DNA from: an uncultured bacterium
Lineage (GTDB): Bacteria; Auribacterota; Erginobacteria; Erginobacterales; CAZKCI01
Direction: 5' to 3'
DNA length: 64,000 nt
Assembly (NCBI GenBank): GCA_964551475.1
Contig: CAZKCI010000121.1
Span: forward strand, 14,308-78,307
The position numbers and the translations under genes are program-made. Positions 27,436 through 36,537 of the stretch are shown here, piece after piece. Position 1 is the stretch's first letter; every line of letters begins with the position of its first letter. The notes below the pieces were generated by a model, which was given only the letters and a program-made list of their open reading frames with translations, was not told the DNA's origin and ran no database searches.

Positions 27436-28656
27436 TCAGAGCGCGCGTTCCCGTTTGAACGTCCCTTCCATCGGAAGCCTCAGCTCGCGGGCGATCCGCG
27501 AAGTTTTTTCCCGGGAGAGACGGGCCAGATCCTCTCCGCTCAGGGCGATCTTCCCCGTCTTCGAACGCACCGCCGCCATCCGCTCGGTGCAACAGTAGCA
27601 GGGATCGACCGCAGCCAGGATCAGCGTGGCATCGGAGACGGTCTGCCCTTTCACCGCGATGTAGTTGGTGGGGAGGTTCATGTAGCTGGGCGCCCGGATC
27701 TTGTAGCGAACGGGCCGGGAGGAGCCGTCGGAGAGGACGTAGTGGAAGCACTCGCCCCGGGGGGCCTCGTGGCGGCCGATCCCCTCCCCCGCCGGAAGCG
27801 ACTTCACGCGGAGGTCGAACTCGCCCCCGGGAAGGTGCTTCAGGCACTGCTCGATGATCTTGATCGATTCGTACATCTCCAGAACCCTGACCAGGGCCTT
27901 GTCGAAGACGTCGCCGTTCTTCCCCAGTATCACCTTCCACTCCACGCGGCCGTAGGCGGCGTAGGGATCGTCGCGGCGAACGTCGATATCCACGCCGGAG
28001 GCGCGGGCCGTGGGGCCGAGAGCCCCCGTGGAGATGATGTCCTCCCTGGTCAGCACCCCTACCCCCTTCAAACGCGCGTGGAGAACGGGGTCGTCGAGGA
28101 TCGCCCCCCGGAATGTGTCCAGGACCGGCTTGAGACCGTCCAGCGTTTTCAGTATCCAGGGGATGTCGTCGTTGTTCAGATCCCGGCGGATCCCCCCGAT
28201 CTTCATCATCGCGTAGTGCTGGCGGTTCCCGGTCACCTTCTCGAAGATGTCCAGGACCGGCTCCCGCGTCTTCCAGGACCACATCCAGAGGGTGTTGTAG
28301 CCGATGAAATGGCCGGCCAGTCCCAGCCAGAGAAGATGGCTGTGCAGGCGCTCCAGTTCCCCGATGAAGGTGCGGGCGTAGAGCGCCCGCTCCGGGGCGA
28401 CGATCCCGGCCAGGTCCTCCATCGCGTTCACGCCGGCAAAGGGGTGGCTCGACGAGCAGATCCCGCAGATCCGCTCGACCGCGAAGAGCGACTGGTCGAA
28501 GGTTTTCGACTCGCAGATCTTCTCGATCCCGCGGTGATTGTAGCCGAGATCGATCTCCAGCTTCTCCACCCGCTCCCCTTCGACGTGGAGGCGGAAAAAC
28601 TCCGGCTCCTCCTGGAGCGGGTGGTAGGGGCCGATGGGGATTATGGTTCGAGTCAT
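27436..28656 (-). CDS. Group 4 [NiFe] hydrogenase large (catalytic) subunit, NuoD/HycE/MbhL family, with C-terminal extension
   Basis: N-terminal RICGICSSSH and C-terminal DPCYCCTER Ni-Fe ligating motifs; about 38 residues follow the C-terminal motif, i.e. a cleavable tail consistent with the hycI gene in the operon. Confidence 0.9.
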   Translation of the reverse strand: MTRTIIPIGPYHPLQEEPEFFRLHVEGERVEKLEIDLGYNHRGIEKICESKTFDQSLFAVERICGICSSSHPFAGVNAMEDLAGIVAPERALYARTFIGELERLHSHLLWLGLAGHFIGYNTLWMWSWKTREPVLDIFEKVTGNRQHYAMMKIGGIRRDLNNDDIPWILKTLDGLKPVLDTFRGAILDDPVLHARLKGVGVLTREDIISTGALGPTARASGVDIDVRRDDPYAAYGRVEWKVILGKNGDVFDKALVRVLEMYESIKIIEQCLKHLPGGEFDLRVKSLPAGEGIGRHEAPRGECFHYVLSDGSSRPVRYKIRAPSYMNLPTNYIAVKGQTVSDATLILAAVDPCYCCTERMAAVRSKTGKIALSGEDLARLSREKTSRIARELRLPMEGTFKRERAL

Positions 28657-28685
28657 GATTTAGTCAGGGCCACGGCAGCCAGTTA

Positions 28686-29171
28686 TCATTTGTCATTTAT
28701 CATTTTACATTGGTCAAGCGGCTTCGGCGCGGCCCGACAGGGAGTTTTTCTCAGGGGGAACTTCTTGTCTTTCCACTCCTCGCTGGTCAGCAACCGCTCG
28801 GTCGACGCTCGCCCCTTGAACTCGATCCCCAGGAGCTCGGCCATCTCCCGCTCGATCCAGTCGGCGGCGGGGACAAGGTCGGCGATGGAGTCGACCGCCG
28901 GCTTCTCCTTCCCCAGCCTGACCCGCAGCGAAAGGAAAACGCCGGAGCGGTCGTCGGAGAAATGGTAGAGGACCTGGAAGCCCTCCATCGTCTCCACGCC
29001 GCTCGCGATGCTGAAACGGAAGCCAAGGTCGCGGAAGGCGGCCCCGGCCACGGGGCGGACGGAAGCGGGACGGATCTCGGCGTAGATCCGCTGGGGGCTC
29101 TTCTCCTCCCACTGCAAAATTTCCGAAGGAAATTTTGAGGAGAAATATGTCCGCATCTCTGCCGCGTTCAT
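28686..29171 (-). CDS. NuoC-like (30 kDa) hydrogenase subunit (MbhK/HycE N-terminal-domain-like)
   Basis: NuoC family pattern (…FQVLYHFS…LSLRVRL…); start chosen at MNAAEM. Confidence 0.75.
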   Translation of the reverse strand: MNAAEMRTYFSSKFPSEILQWEEKSPQRIYAEIRPASVRPVAGAAFRDLGFRFSIASGVETMEGFQVLYHFSDDRSGVFLSLRVRLGKEKPAVDSIADLVPAADWIEREMAELLGIEFKGRASTERLLTSEEWKDKKFPLRKTPCRAAPKPLDQCKMINDK

Positions 29172-29605
29172 CGTTTCTTCTCCAGCTTCCCCCTCACCAC
29201 TCCCAGCGCCTTCACCAACCCCGCGATCATCGCCTCCGGCTTGGGCGGGCATCCCGGGATGAAGACGTCCACCGGCAGAACCTGGTCCACCGGCAGGGGG
29301 GCGGTGTAGCAGCCCTTGAACATCCCCTGGTCCATGGCGCAGGCGCCGAAGGCCACCACCGCGCAGGGCTTGGCCATCGACTCGTAGACCTGGCGGACCC
29401 GGGGCGTGGCCTTGAGCGTCATCACACCCGTCACCAGAAGAACATCGGCATGGCGGGGGGATCCCACCAGGAGCACTCCGAAGCGCTCGGCGTCGAAGCG
29501 GGGGGTGAGCAGGTCCAGGATCTCGATGTCGCAGTTGTTGCAGGAACCGGTCGAGAGGTGGAAGACCCAGGGCGATTTCAACAACGCTTTATGGACGAGT
29601 TTCAT
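29168..29605 (-). CDS. [NiFe] hydrogenase small subunit, NuoB/HycG/MbhJ family
   Basis: Cys ligands for the proximal [4Fe-4S] cluster (GSCNNC ... GACAMD ... GCPP); start chosen at MKLVHKAL. Confidence 0.85.
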   Translation of the reverse strand: MKLVHKALLKSPWVFHLSTGSCNNCDIEILDLLTPRFDAERFGVLLVGSPRHADVLLVTGVMTLKATPRVRQVYESMAKPCAVVAFGACAMDQGMFKGCYTAPLPVDQVLPVDVFIPGCPPKPEAMIAGLVKALGVVRGKLEKKR

Positions 29606-29622
29606 CAACCGATATTCTCTCC

Positions 29623-30555
29623 TTATAATCCCAACAACGCCAGAACCACCGCTACTATTGCCAGCCCGGCAACCGGTCCCCAAAAGAATCTCATCGCCTG
29701 ATCAATCCGAACCCGGGGATTGGTGTTTTTGATCACGATGGCGAGGAAAAGAATGAGAACGACCTTGCCTACCCCGGCGAGGATCCCCCCGGCCGTCGTT
29801 CCGATCCCTCCCCAGAAGAGAGCGACGAGAAAGACCGGCAGCGTAAAAAGGAGCATCATCCGGGTCAGGCGGAAAAGAGCGAGCGGGGTCCCCGAGTATT
29901 CCATAAAGACGCCTCCGCTGATCTCGGTCTCGGCGTCGGGGAGATCGAAAGGGGCGAGCGTGAGCTTCGCCTGCTGGCAAAGCAGGAGGACGAGGAAGGC
30001 GATCAGGCCGGAAACGGATCCCAGAAAGACCCCGTGCTCGCCCTGGAAGAGAACGATCTCTCCCAGCCGGATCGAACCGGCCTTGATCACGGGGACGAGG
30101 GCGGCGAGCAGGAAAGGCAGCTCGTAGGAGAGAAGAAGCTTCATTTCCCGGCTCGCCCCCAGCGAGGCGAGCGGATTGGACGAGGCGAATCCCCCTACGA
30201 TCACCGCCGTCGCCGGAACGGTGAGGAGATAGAGAACGACGATCAGGTCTCCGGCCGACGCCCCCCCCGGGGCCAGGATGCCCTTCCAGATGATCAGCGC
30301 CGCCACCACCGCCGCGGCGAAGCCGGCGAGCGGAGAGAGGAGAAAAGCCGCCCGGGAGACTCCGGCGGGGACGATCGTCTCCTTGCCCAGGAGCTTCAGG
30401 ACGTCGGCGGCCGGCTGGAACCAAGGCGGACCGACCCGCCACTGGAAGCGGGCGGAGAGCTTCCGGTCGAAAAAGGAGGCGGCCATCCCCCCGGCGGCGG
30501 TGAAAAGGAAGCCGGGGAAGACCAGCAGAGCGAAGATGGATTGCAGGACTTCCAT
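29623..30555 (-). CDS. NuoH/HycD/MbhM-like membrane subunit
   Basis: Eight-TM protein, NuoH family pattern; start chosen at MEVLQSIF (the upstream R/P-rich extension in the ORF track is unlikely). Confidence 0.8.
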   Translation of the reverse strand: MEVLQSIFALLVFPGFLFTAAGGMAASFFDRKLSARFQWRVGPPWFQPAADVLKLLGKETIVPAGVSRAAFLLSPLAGFAAAVVAALIIWKGILAPGGASAGDLIVVLYLLTVPATAVIVGGFASSNPLASLGASREMKLLLSYELPFLLAALVPVIKAGSIRLGEIVLFQGEHGVFLGSVSGLIAFLVLLLCQQAKLTLAPFDLPDAETEISGGVFMEYSGTPLALFRLTRMMLLFTLPVFLVALFWGGIGTTAGGILAGVGKVVLILFLAIVIKNTNPRVRIDQAMRFFWGPVAGLAIVAVVLALLGL

Positions 30556-30556
30556 A

Positions 30557-31036
30557 TTACACTTTTTCTTTCTCCCACTTCCCCGCTTTAACCAGCACGT
30601 GCTCGCCGTAGGGATAGAGCCCCTGCGCGTCGTCGGCGGCAAAGTCGCCGTAGCGGATCGCCCCCTCCGGAGCGGAGCGGGCGCAGAAGGGGATCTCTCC
30701 TGAAGCCAGGCGCCCCAGGCAGACGTCGCAGGTCGAGGTATGAAGGGGAATGTATCCGGGGATGATCGTCCCGAACGGGCAGGCGGCGGCGCAGGAAAAG
30801 CAGTTGGAGCAACGCAGGACATGGCGCACCACGATATCGTCCGCCCGCTTCTCCAGGGCGTCCTGGGGACAGGAAGCGACGCAGGTGGCGAGCTCGCAGC
30901 GGCGGCAGATCACCACGAAGGTCGCTTTCTCGACCAGGTCCTGAACCCCGCGGTTCTCCGGATGGTCGGAGTAGGAGCAGGAGACAGCGTCAGAGGGAAG
31001 ACGCCGCAGGGCTTCGAGATCTATTAGTAGCTTCAC
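30557..31036 (-). CDS. 4Fe-4S ferredoxin-like iron-sulfur protein
   Basis: Several Cys clusters (CRRCELATCVASCP, CSNCFSCAAACP). Confidence 0.7.
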   Translation of the reverse strand: MKLLIDLEALRRLPSDAVSCSYSDHPENRGVQDLVEKATFVVICRRCELATCVASCPQDALEKRADDIVVRHVLRCSNCFSCAAACPFGTIIPGYIPLHTSTCDVCLGRLASGEIPFCARSAPEGAIRYGDFAADDAQGLYPYGEHVLVKAGKWEKEKV

Positions 31037-31065
31037 GAGAGAGTCAGAGGCGTCCGAGATCCGGT

Positions 31066-31140
31066 GTAATGTGTAAGGTGTAATGTGTAATGAAAAACTG
31101 ACTGGCCATTATTACACCTTACACTTTCCACCTTACACCC
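31066..31140. repeat. GTGTAAK heptamer array with inverted partner (dyad) between the ferredoxin and HydG-like genes; family H variant
   Basis: gtgtaat gtgtaag gtgtaat gtgtaat g ... ttacaccttacactttccaccttacacc. Confidence 0.8.
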
Positions 31141-31973
31141 TAGTGCCATATCCCCTCGATATCCTTGATCTTGTCGTAGGGCAGGACGGGGCCGTCTTGG
31201 CAGACGAAATAGGGCCCCAGGCGGCAGTGGCCGCACTTGCCGATCCCGCAGGACATGTTCTTTTCCATGGATAGATACAGGGAAGCCTGAGGAAGTTTCA
31301 GCTCCGCGATCAGCTTGAAGGTGACGAACTTCATCATCACCGGAGGGCCGCAGACCACCGCCACCGAGCGGGCGATGTCGATATCGAGATTGTCGAGCGT
31401 GGTGGTCACCAGCCCCACCTTCCCGCCCCAGGCCATCCCCTCCGGAACCTTGTCCACGGTTACCCGGAGCTCTATGTTCTTGTGCAGGCGGGGCCAGGAC
31501 TCCATGATCAGGCGCTTGTAGATCATGTCCTCCGGGCTCCTCGCCCCGGCGCAGAGGACGATCCTCGGGTAGGCCTCGATGCCGTGGACCAGGGCCAGGA
31601 AGAGCGCCCGCAGGGGGGCGAGTCCCACCCCTCCCCCGACGAGCACGATCTCCTTCCCCGCGAAGGCGGAGAGAGGGTACTCCTTCCCGAAGGGGCCCCG
31701 CAGACCCACCACCGCCCCTTTCTCGATCCGGTGAAGAGTCTCGGTCACCTTCCCCGCCTTCATGATCGTCACCTCGATCGTCTCCTTCTGAAAGGGAGAG
31801 GAAGAGGGGGTGAAGGGGGCCTCCCCCAGACCGGGTATGGCGAGCTCCACGAACTGACCGGCCCGGAAAGCGAAGGGGGACGACGGCTTCAGGACGAAGG
31901 TCTTGATCGTCGGAGACTCGGTGATGATCTCCGTGATCGTGGCCGGAATCGATTGATAAGGATTTGTCGTCAT
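31140..31973 (-). CDS. FAD/NAD(P)-binding oxidoreductase with C-terminal [2Fe-2S] site, sulfhydrogenase gamma (HydG)/AsrB/PyrK-like
   Basis: Ferredoxin-NADP-reductase-like fold motifs (GQFVEL, LVGGGVGLAPL) and C-terminal CGIGKCGHC cluster. Confidence 0.8.
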   Translation of the reverse strand: MTTNPYQSIPATITEIITESPTIKTFVLKPSSPFAFRAGQFVELAIPGLGEAPFTPSSSPFQKETIEVTIMKAGKVTETLHRIEKGAVVGLRGPFGKEYPLSAFAGKEIVLVGGGVGLAPLRALFLALVHGIEAYPRIVLCAGARSPEDMIYKRLIMESWPRLHKNIELRVTVDKVPEGMAWGGKVGLVTTTLDNLDIDIARSVAVVCGPPVMMKFVTFKLIAELKLPQASLYLSMEKNMSCGIGKCGHCRLGPYFVCQDGPVLPYDKIKDIEGIWH

Positions 31974-31995
31974 AGGACGCCCGGAATGCTTGACC

Positions 31996-33018
31996 TTATT
32001 CCGACTCTATCCTCTTCAGAATCTTGCGAATGTCAATTTTTCCCATGCACGCCTCCACGCAGCGGCCGCATCCCGTGCAGGCCAGGGCGCCGATCAGGTC
32101 GGGGAAAAACTGGAACTTCTTGGAGAAACGGTTGCTGAGCCGCTCGGAGCGGCGGGTGCGCGGGTTGGATCCGCCCGCCTCCCGGGAGAAGCCGGGATAC
32201 TGGCAGGAGTCCCAGTTGCGGAGTCGGACGGAGCCTTCCCGGGCGGGAGACTCCTCCAGAATGAAGCAGTGGCAGGCGGGGCAGACCAGGTTGCAAGCCC
32301 CGCATTCGACGCAGGGGACCGCTTCCTCCTTCCAGAGCGGATCGCGGCTCTTCTCCTTCACCCGAGCCGCCGCAGGCGCCTTGTCCAGCTGGCCCTGTTT
32401 CTTCAGCAGGTCTTTCAGATCGCCGAGAACCTTCTCCCTCAGTTTCGTCCGGGAGGAGATCTCCTCCTCCTTCGCCCCGCGGAAACGGGAAGCGGAGTCC
32501 CGGATGATCGCCTCTCCCTTCTCGCTCCCCGTCTCCACCAGGCAGCCTCCGGGCAGAGGCGTCAGGTTGAGGTCGAAACCCCGCAAGGGATGGGGCCGGC
32601 CGCCGACCACCGGGCAGAAGCAGACCTCCTTGAAGCCGGCGCAGTCCTGGCTCACCAGCAGAGTCTCTTCCCTCGCCTGTCGATAGAAAGGATCGGCGCA
32701 GTTCCCCTGCAAAAAGATGTAATCGAGAACCGGGAGGGCGGCGAGATCGCAGGCCTTGAGGCCGACGAGCGCCCGGGGACGGGATGCGGGCGCGACCGTT
32801 CCGGGGAAACGCGCCACCGTCTCGCGGCCGGAAAAAAGGAAGCTTTTCAGCGATTCGATCGCCCGGTAGGGCGACGGCTCGGCCTTCCCTTCCCCGGACA
32901 GGGGGGAAAACGTCCAATCCCCGTCCAGGCGGCGGGGGATGAGGAGATCCCGGGCGCAGGCGAGATCGGACAGCCAGCGCGGGAACTCCGCGTCAGAGAT
33001 GAAATGGAGAGCGCTCAT
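31996..33018 (-). CDS. Iron-sulfur protein, sulfhydrogenase beta (HydB)/AsrA-like
   Basis: Cys clusters CVECGACNLVCPACHC and CTGCGRCVEAC; pairs with the HydG-like gene. Confidence 0.75.
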   Translation of the reverse strand: MSALHFISDAEFPRWLSDLACARDLLIPRRLDGDWTFSPLSGEGKAEPSPYRAIESLKSFLFSGRETVARFPGTVAPASRPRALVGLKACDLAALPVLDYIFLQGNCADPFYRQAREETLLVSQDCAGFKEVCFCPVVGGRPHPLRGFDLNLTPLPGGCLVETGSEKGEAIIRDSASRFRGAKEEEISSRTKLREKVLGDLKDLLKKQGQLDKAPAAARVKEKSRDPLWKEEAVPCVECGACNLVCPACHCFILEESPAREGSVRLRNWDSCQYPGFSREAGGSNPRTRRSERLSNRFSKKFQFFPDLIGALACTGCGRCVEACMGKIDIRKILKRIESE

Positions 33019-33665
33019 TCCCGCCGTCTCCGGGAATGCAGGCCGAAAGAAAGAGTCGACAGGGATCCGGCCAGGTCGATATCCTCCACGATCACGCTCT
33101 CGGGGAGAGTGAGGCGGGTCGGAGCGAAGTTCAGTATCCCCCGGATCCCGGCCCGGACCATCTCCTCCGAGACCTCCTGGGCGGCGGCGGCGGGGACGGC
33201 GATGACGCCGAGCTTTATCCCCTCCTCTTGCACGGTCCGGTGAAGGTCGGCGAGGGGGCGGATGGTCCGCGACGACCCCGGGACCTTCTGCCCGGCGAGG
33301 CGGGTGTCGAAGACCGCGGCGATCGTGAACTGGCGGCTTCCGAATCCCTTGTGGGAGAAGAGGGCGCGGCCGAGGTTCCCCGCTCCCACCAGGGCGACCT
33401 TCTGCTCCCGGTCGGTGCCCAGAATGCCTTCAATCCGGCCGAGCAGAGTGCCCACGGCGTAACCCTTTCCCCGGACGCCGAACTGGCCGAAGTGGGCGAG
33501 GTCCTTGCGCAGCTGGGCCGGCTGGACGCCGGCCAGTTTCCCGAAACGGGCGGAGGAGACGGTGGCCGTTCTCTCCGCGCCCAGGGACAGCAGGATGCGC
33601 AGATAGAGAGAGAGGCGGGCGATCACCGCCCGGGGGATCGGGGAATTTGCGTTGCGCAGACTCAT
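33015..33665 (-). CDS. rex: Redox-sensing transcriptional repressor Rex (NADH/NAD+ sensor)
   Basis: N-terminal winged helix (IPRAVIARLSLYLRIL), Rossmann GxGxxG (VALVGAGNLGRAL); overlaps the start of the hydB-like gene, so it is first in the operon. Confidence 0.9.
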   Translation of the reverse strand: MSLRNANSPIPRAVIARLSLYLRILLSLGAERTATVSSARFGKLAGVQPAQLRKDLAHFGQFGVRGKGYAVGTLLGRIEGILGTDREQKVALVGAGNLGRALFSHKGFGSRQFTIAAVFDTRLAGQKVPGSSRTIRPLADLHRTVQEEGIKLGVIAVPAAAAQEVSEEMVRAGIRGILNFAPTRLTLPESVIVEDIDLAGSLSTLSFGLHSRRRRE

Positions 33666-33714
33666 GGTTATGAATTGTCGATCATATTCTCCCCGCGGCC
33701 GGAGTCAAGGGCAA

Positions 33715-33732
33715 TTGTGATTTTTTTCACAT
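33715..33732. promoter_or_regulatory. Candidate Rex operator TTGTGATTTTTTTCACAT (16/18 match to TTGTGAAnnnnTTCACAA), 50 bp upstream of rex
   Basis: Direct match to the published Rex box consensus, within the promoter region of the rex-hydrogenase operon. Confidence 0.55.
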
Positions 33733-33860
33733 AAAAAAGCGCTCGCGCGCATTTTTATGGTGATCGCCGCCGACAGCGATCGATCCTTTCTCGATTGCAT
33801 TGGCGATGCGGTCAGCCTATCATGTTATCAGCCTGTTCCATCAACCGAAGGAGGAAAGAC

Positions 33861-34604
33861 ATGATGCTCAAGTGGATGACTGTTGTTCTGGGAACCCTTC
33901 TGGCTTTGGGCTGCGCCGCCCGCCGGCCGCCCGAGATCCCCCCCTCCCAGTCGGAACCTCTTCCGGCTGAAGACATGGCGGTCGCTCCCGCCTCCTCGCC
34001 GGCGGCGGAATCCCCCGCGGCCGTCCCGGCCGCCGAAGTCAAGGGACCGGACTGGAATGAGATCAAGAAGCTCGGGACCGTTTATGAGGTGCAGGCCGGC
34101 GACACCCTGAGCGGCATCGCCGCGAAGCACCAGGTCGGGACCGGCCTCCTCGCGCGCTTGAACGACCTGAACAATCCCAACCTCATCCGGAAGGGACAGA
34201 AGCTCGTCGTGCTGGAGGGCCCCCTCTCCGTCCAGGTGAGCAAGGCGGCCAAAACCATCTCGGTCAAGAAAGACGACGCCGTGCTCGCGTCCTACGCCGT
34301 GGCCCTGGGGAGAAACGACAGCACGCCGGAAGGGGAATTCGCGGTGCTTCGGAAGATGGTCAACCCGCCCTGGACCGACCCCTACCACCGGACGATCGTC
34401 AAGGCGGACAGCCCCGAGTATCCGCTCGGCACCCGCTGGATCGAGTTCAAGGCGCCGCCCGGGGCCTACGGCATCCACGGGACCAAAAGCGCGGCCGACA
34501 TCGGCCAGGATGTTTCCTTCGGCTGCGTCCGCGTGCTCCACCCCCAGGAAGAGGAGATCTACGACTTTGTCATCGTCGGATCCCCGGTGGCAATCGCCCC
34601 GTAA
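33861..34604 (+). CDS. L,D-transpeptidase (YkuD family) with LysM domain
   Basis: Signal peptide or lipobox (LALGCAA); LysM (YEVQAGDTLSGIAAKH); catalytic GIHGT...SFGCVRV. Confidence 0.85.
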   Translation: MMLKWMTVVLGTLLALGCAARRPPEIPPSQSEPLPAEDMAVAPASSPAAESPAAVPAAEVKGPDWNEIKKLGTVYEVQAGDTLSGIAAKHQVGTGLLARLNDLNNPNLIRKGQKLVVLEGPLSVQVSKAAKTISVKKDDAVLASYAVALGRNDSTPEGEFAVLRKMVNPPWTDPYHRTIVKADSPEYPLGTRWIEFKAPPGAYGIHGTKSAADIGQDVSFGCVRVLHPQEEEIYDFVIVGSPVAIAP

Positions 34605-34628
34605 CGGACATTCCGAAATCACGAACAA

Positions 34629-34666
34629 CACTAAACGCCCGACGCGAAAGCGTCGGGCGTTTAGTG
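34629..34666 (+). terminator. Perfect 17-bp stem hairpin with GAAA tetraloop downstream of the L,D-transpeptidase gene
   Basis: cactaaacgcccgacgc gaaa gcgtcgggcgtttagtg, 22 nt after the stop; U-tract weak. Confidence 0.45.
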
Positions 34667-34712
34667 TCGGATGTAAATTGACCCCGTCGCGCGTGCGTGT
34701 TAGGGTGGAAAG

Positions 34713-35783
34713 ATGGACCAGGAATGCGGCATTTCCGATCTCCTGCTCGGCGCGCTCCTGCTCTCCCGCTATCTTCAGTCGTCCCCGGCCGGCGAGGCTG
34801 CCCGCCGGGCTCTCTATCTCCTGATTGACCGGTCCCTTTCCCCGGCCTCGCCGACCGGCGAGAAGAACCTCGCCGAACGATTGGAGACACTGAGCGAACA
34901 GGGAGTGCTGGCTCCCGAAGCGAAGGCGAAGCTCCTCTCGCTTCACCGGGAGCTCCTCTCCTTTTTCGCCGCCGACTCCCGCTATGTCCCCGGATTTATC
35001 CAGAAGCGCGTCGCCGCTTTCGTGGCGGCGGTGAACGGCTTCTACCGCGGGTCGGGCGGAAGGGATCTGGAAAGCGAACTGGGGAAACTCTCCCCGGAGA
35101 GCTGGGCCCGGGTGGAAAAGGCGGCCGGGACGGCCGTCGCCCTGGTCCGCCAGGCGATGGACACGATGTCCATCCGTCCGGAGGACTTCCGCGATCTCTC
35201 CCTCCTTCGTTCCAAGGTCCAGGTCTGGGCGCCCGCCCTCCTCCCCGCTTTGCGGGAGAAAGGCTTCGCCTTCACGCTCGACTCGATATCCCGCGTGAAC
35301 CTCAGCTCGGGCTATATCTGGGTCGCCTTTCTCCCCGATCCCTCGCGGCGGAAGATGGAACAGCCCACCTATTCCTTCTCCTTCACCCCCCGCCACTGCC
35401 GGGCGGGGCTGGAACTGGGAGGGAAAACCCGGGAGGCCCGCGCAGCCTACTATAAGAAGCTTCTCTCCGGCGAACTCGACGACATCATCGCCGCGATGGC
35501 GCCGCTGGGCGGTGTCTTCCTGGACGTGGTCTGGTATTTTTCCGCCCGGGACGCCGTCTCCATGCGCGATTACCTCGCGGACCAGGACGGAGCGAAAAAG
35601 CGCGTTGCCGCCAAGATCGCCGACGGCCGGAAGCGCCTCCCCCGGGACGTCCTGTACACCTGGAACCTTCTCCTCCCGGTGGTCCTGATCACACCCGAGG
35701 AGTTCGCCCGGGAGGGGATCAACGACTTCCTGGTCCGCCTGGCCGATCCGGTGGTAAAGCTCATCCGGCGGATCGGGGGATAA
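34713..35783 (+). CDS. Hypothetical protein
   Basis: Long ORF with normal codon bias; no recognisable motif. Confidence 0.5.
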   Translation: MDQECGISDLLLGALLLSRYLQSSPAGEAARRALYLLIDRSLSPASPTGEKNLAERLETLSEQGVLAPEAKAKLLSLHRELLSFFAADSRYVPGFIQKRVAAFVAAVNGFYRGSGGRDLESELGKLSPESWARVEKAAGTAVALVRQAMDTMSIRPEDFRDLSLLRSKVQVWAPALLPALREKGFAFTLDSISRVNLSSGYIWVAFLPDPSRRKMEQPTYSFSFTPRHCRAGLELGGKTREARAAYYKKLLSGELDDIIAAMAPLGGVFLDVVWYFSARDAVSMRDYLADQDGAKKRVAAKIADGRKRLPRDVLYTWNLLLPVVLITPEEFAREGINDFLVRLADPVVKLIRRIGG

Positions 35784-35847
35784 AAAGATCGCGAGGTTCC
35801 CGACACCCGGCCGGGAACCTCGCGATCTTCTGCTCGGTGGAAAACGG

Positions 35848-36435
35848 CTACTTCTCAGCCGGGGGCGCGGCCGGTCCCTCGGCCGGGCCGCCCATCCCGC
35901 CGCCCATCATCGGACAGCCTTCTTTACCGGGACCGGACGGTCCGCGGCCTTCTTTCTCGCCGCCCGTCCGCTCGCCGCCCTTCCTGGTCCATTCCCTTCC
36001 GCCGCGGCCTCTCTCGCCCCGCTCGCCTCTCGCCCGATTGATCATGCGGGAGACCTTCTCCCACTGCTGGGGGTTGAGTATCTTGCGGACCTCGACCAGG
36101 CGCTGGAGCCCCTGCTCCGTCTGCTTCATGCGGGCGTCAACGATCTCCTTGATGAATTTGGAGATCTCCTCGTCGCTCGTCTTCCCTGCCTTGATCAGGC
36201 GATCGAAGTTGAGCTGGGCGATTTTCGCCTTGGCCTGGAGATCGATGGCGCTCTGGGCATACTTGAAGTCGATCTCCGCGAGCTGGGCGATCTGCTCGGG
36301 AGTGAGGGCCAGATCCTCGACCGCTTTTTTCCTCTCCCAGAATTTCGGCCAGCGGCCGGTCGGTTCGGCCTGGGCCGCCGCTACGACGGTCGTCGCGACC
36401 GCCACGATCACCGCCATCCACAGCCATTTCTTCAT
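35848..36435 (-). CDS. Periplasmic Spy/CpxP-family (LTxxQ motif) protein with Gly/Arg/Glu-rich C-terminal tail
   Basis: Signal peptide; LTPEQIAQL and LNPQQWEKV LTxxQ-like motifs; start chosen at MKKWLW. Confidence 0.6.
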   Translation of the reverse strand: MKKWLWMAVIVAVATTVVAAAQAEPTGRWPKFWERKKAVEDLALTPEQIAQLAEIDFKYAQSAIDLQAKAKIAQLNFDRLIKAGKTSDEEISKFIKEIVDARMKQTEQGLQRLVEVRKILNPQQWEKVSRMINRARGERGERGRGGREWTRKGGERTGGEKEGRGPSGPGKEGCPMMGGGMGGPAEGPAAPPAEK

Positions 36436-36537
36436 CGTGTCACCTCCCCGGGGTTGGTTTCGAGCCCGGCGTATTCGGTTTACTTTCACTTATTAAACTG
36501 GAATACTCGCGGAAGGTTTAACCGATCATGCCTCAGC

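Noticed and set aside
27436-28656. Possibility that the complex is an Mbx/Mbs-type sulfane-sulfur reductase rather than a hydrogenase
   Set aside because: The large subunit keeps both canonical CxxC Ni-Fe ligand pairs (RICGICSSSH and DPCYCCTER) and a HycI-type protease gene is present. Mbx/Mbs large subunits have altered Cys spacing.
31037-31139. GTGTAA-repeat dyad as additional Rex operators
   Set aside because: The half-sites are TGTGTAA / TTACACA, with an extra base relative to the Rex half-site TGTGAA / TTCACA. This fits the family-H heptamer repeat architecture better than a Rex box.
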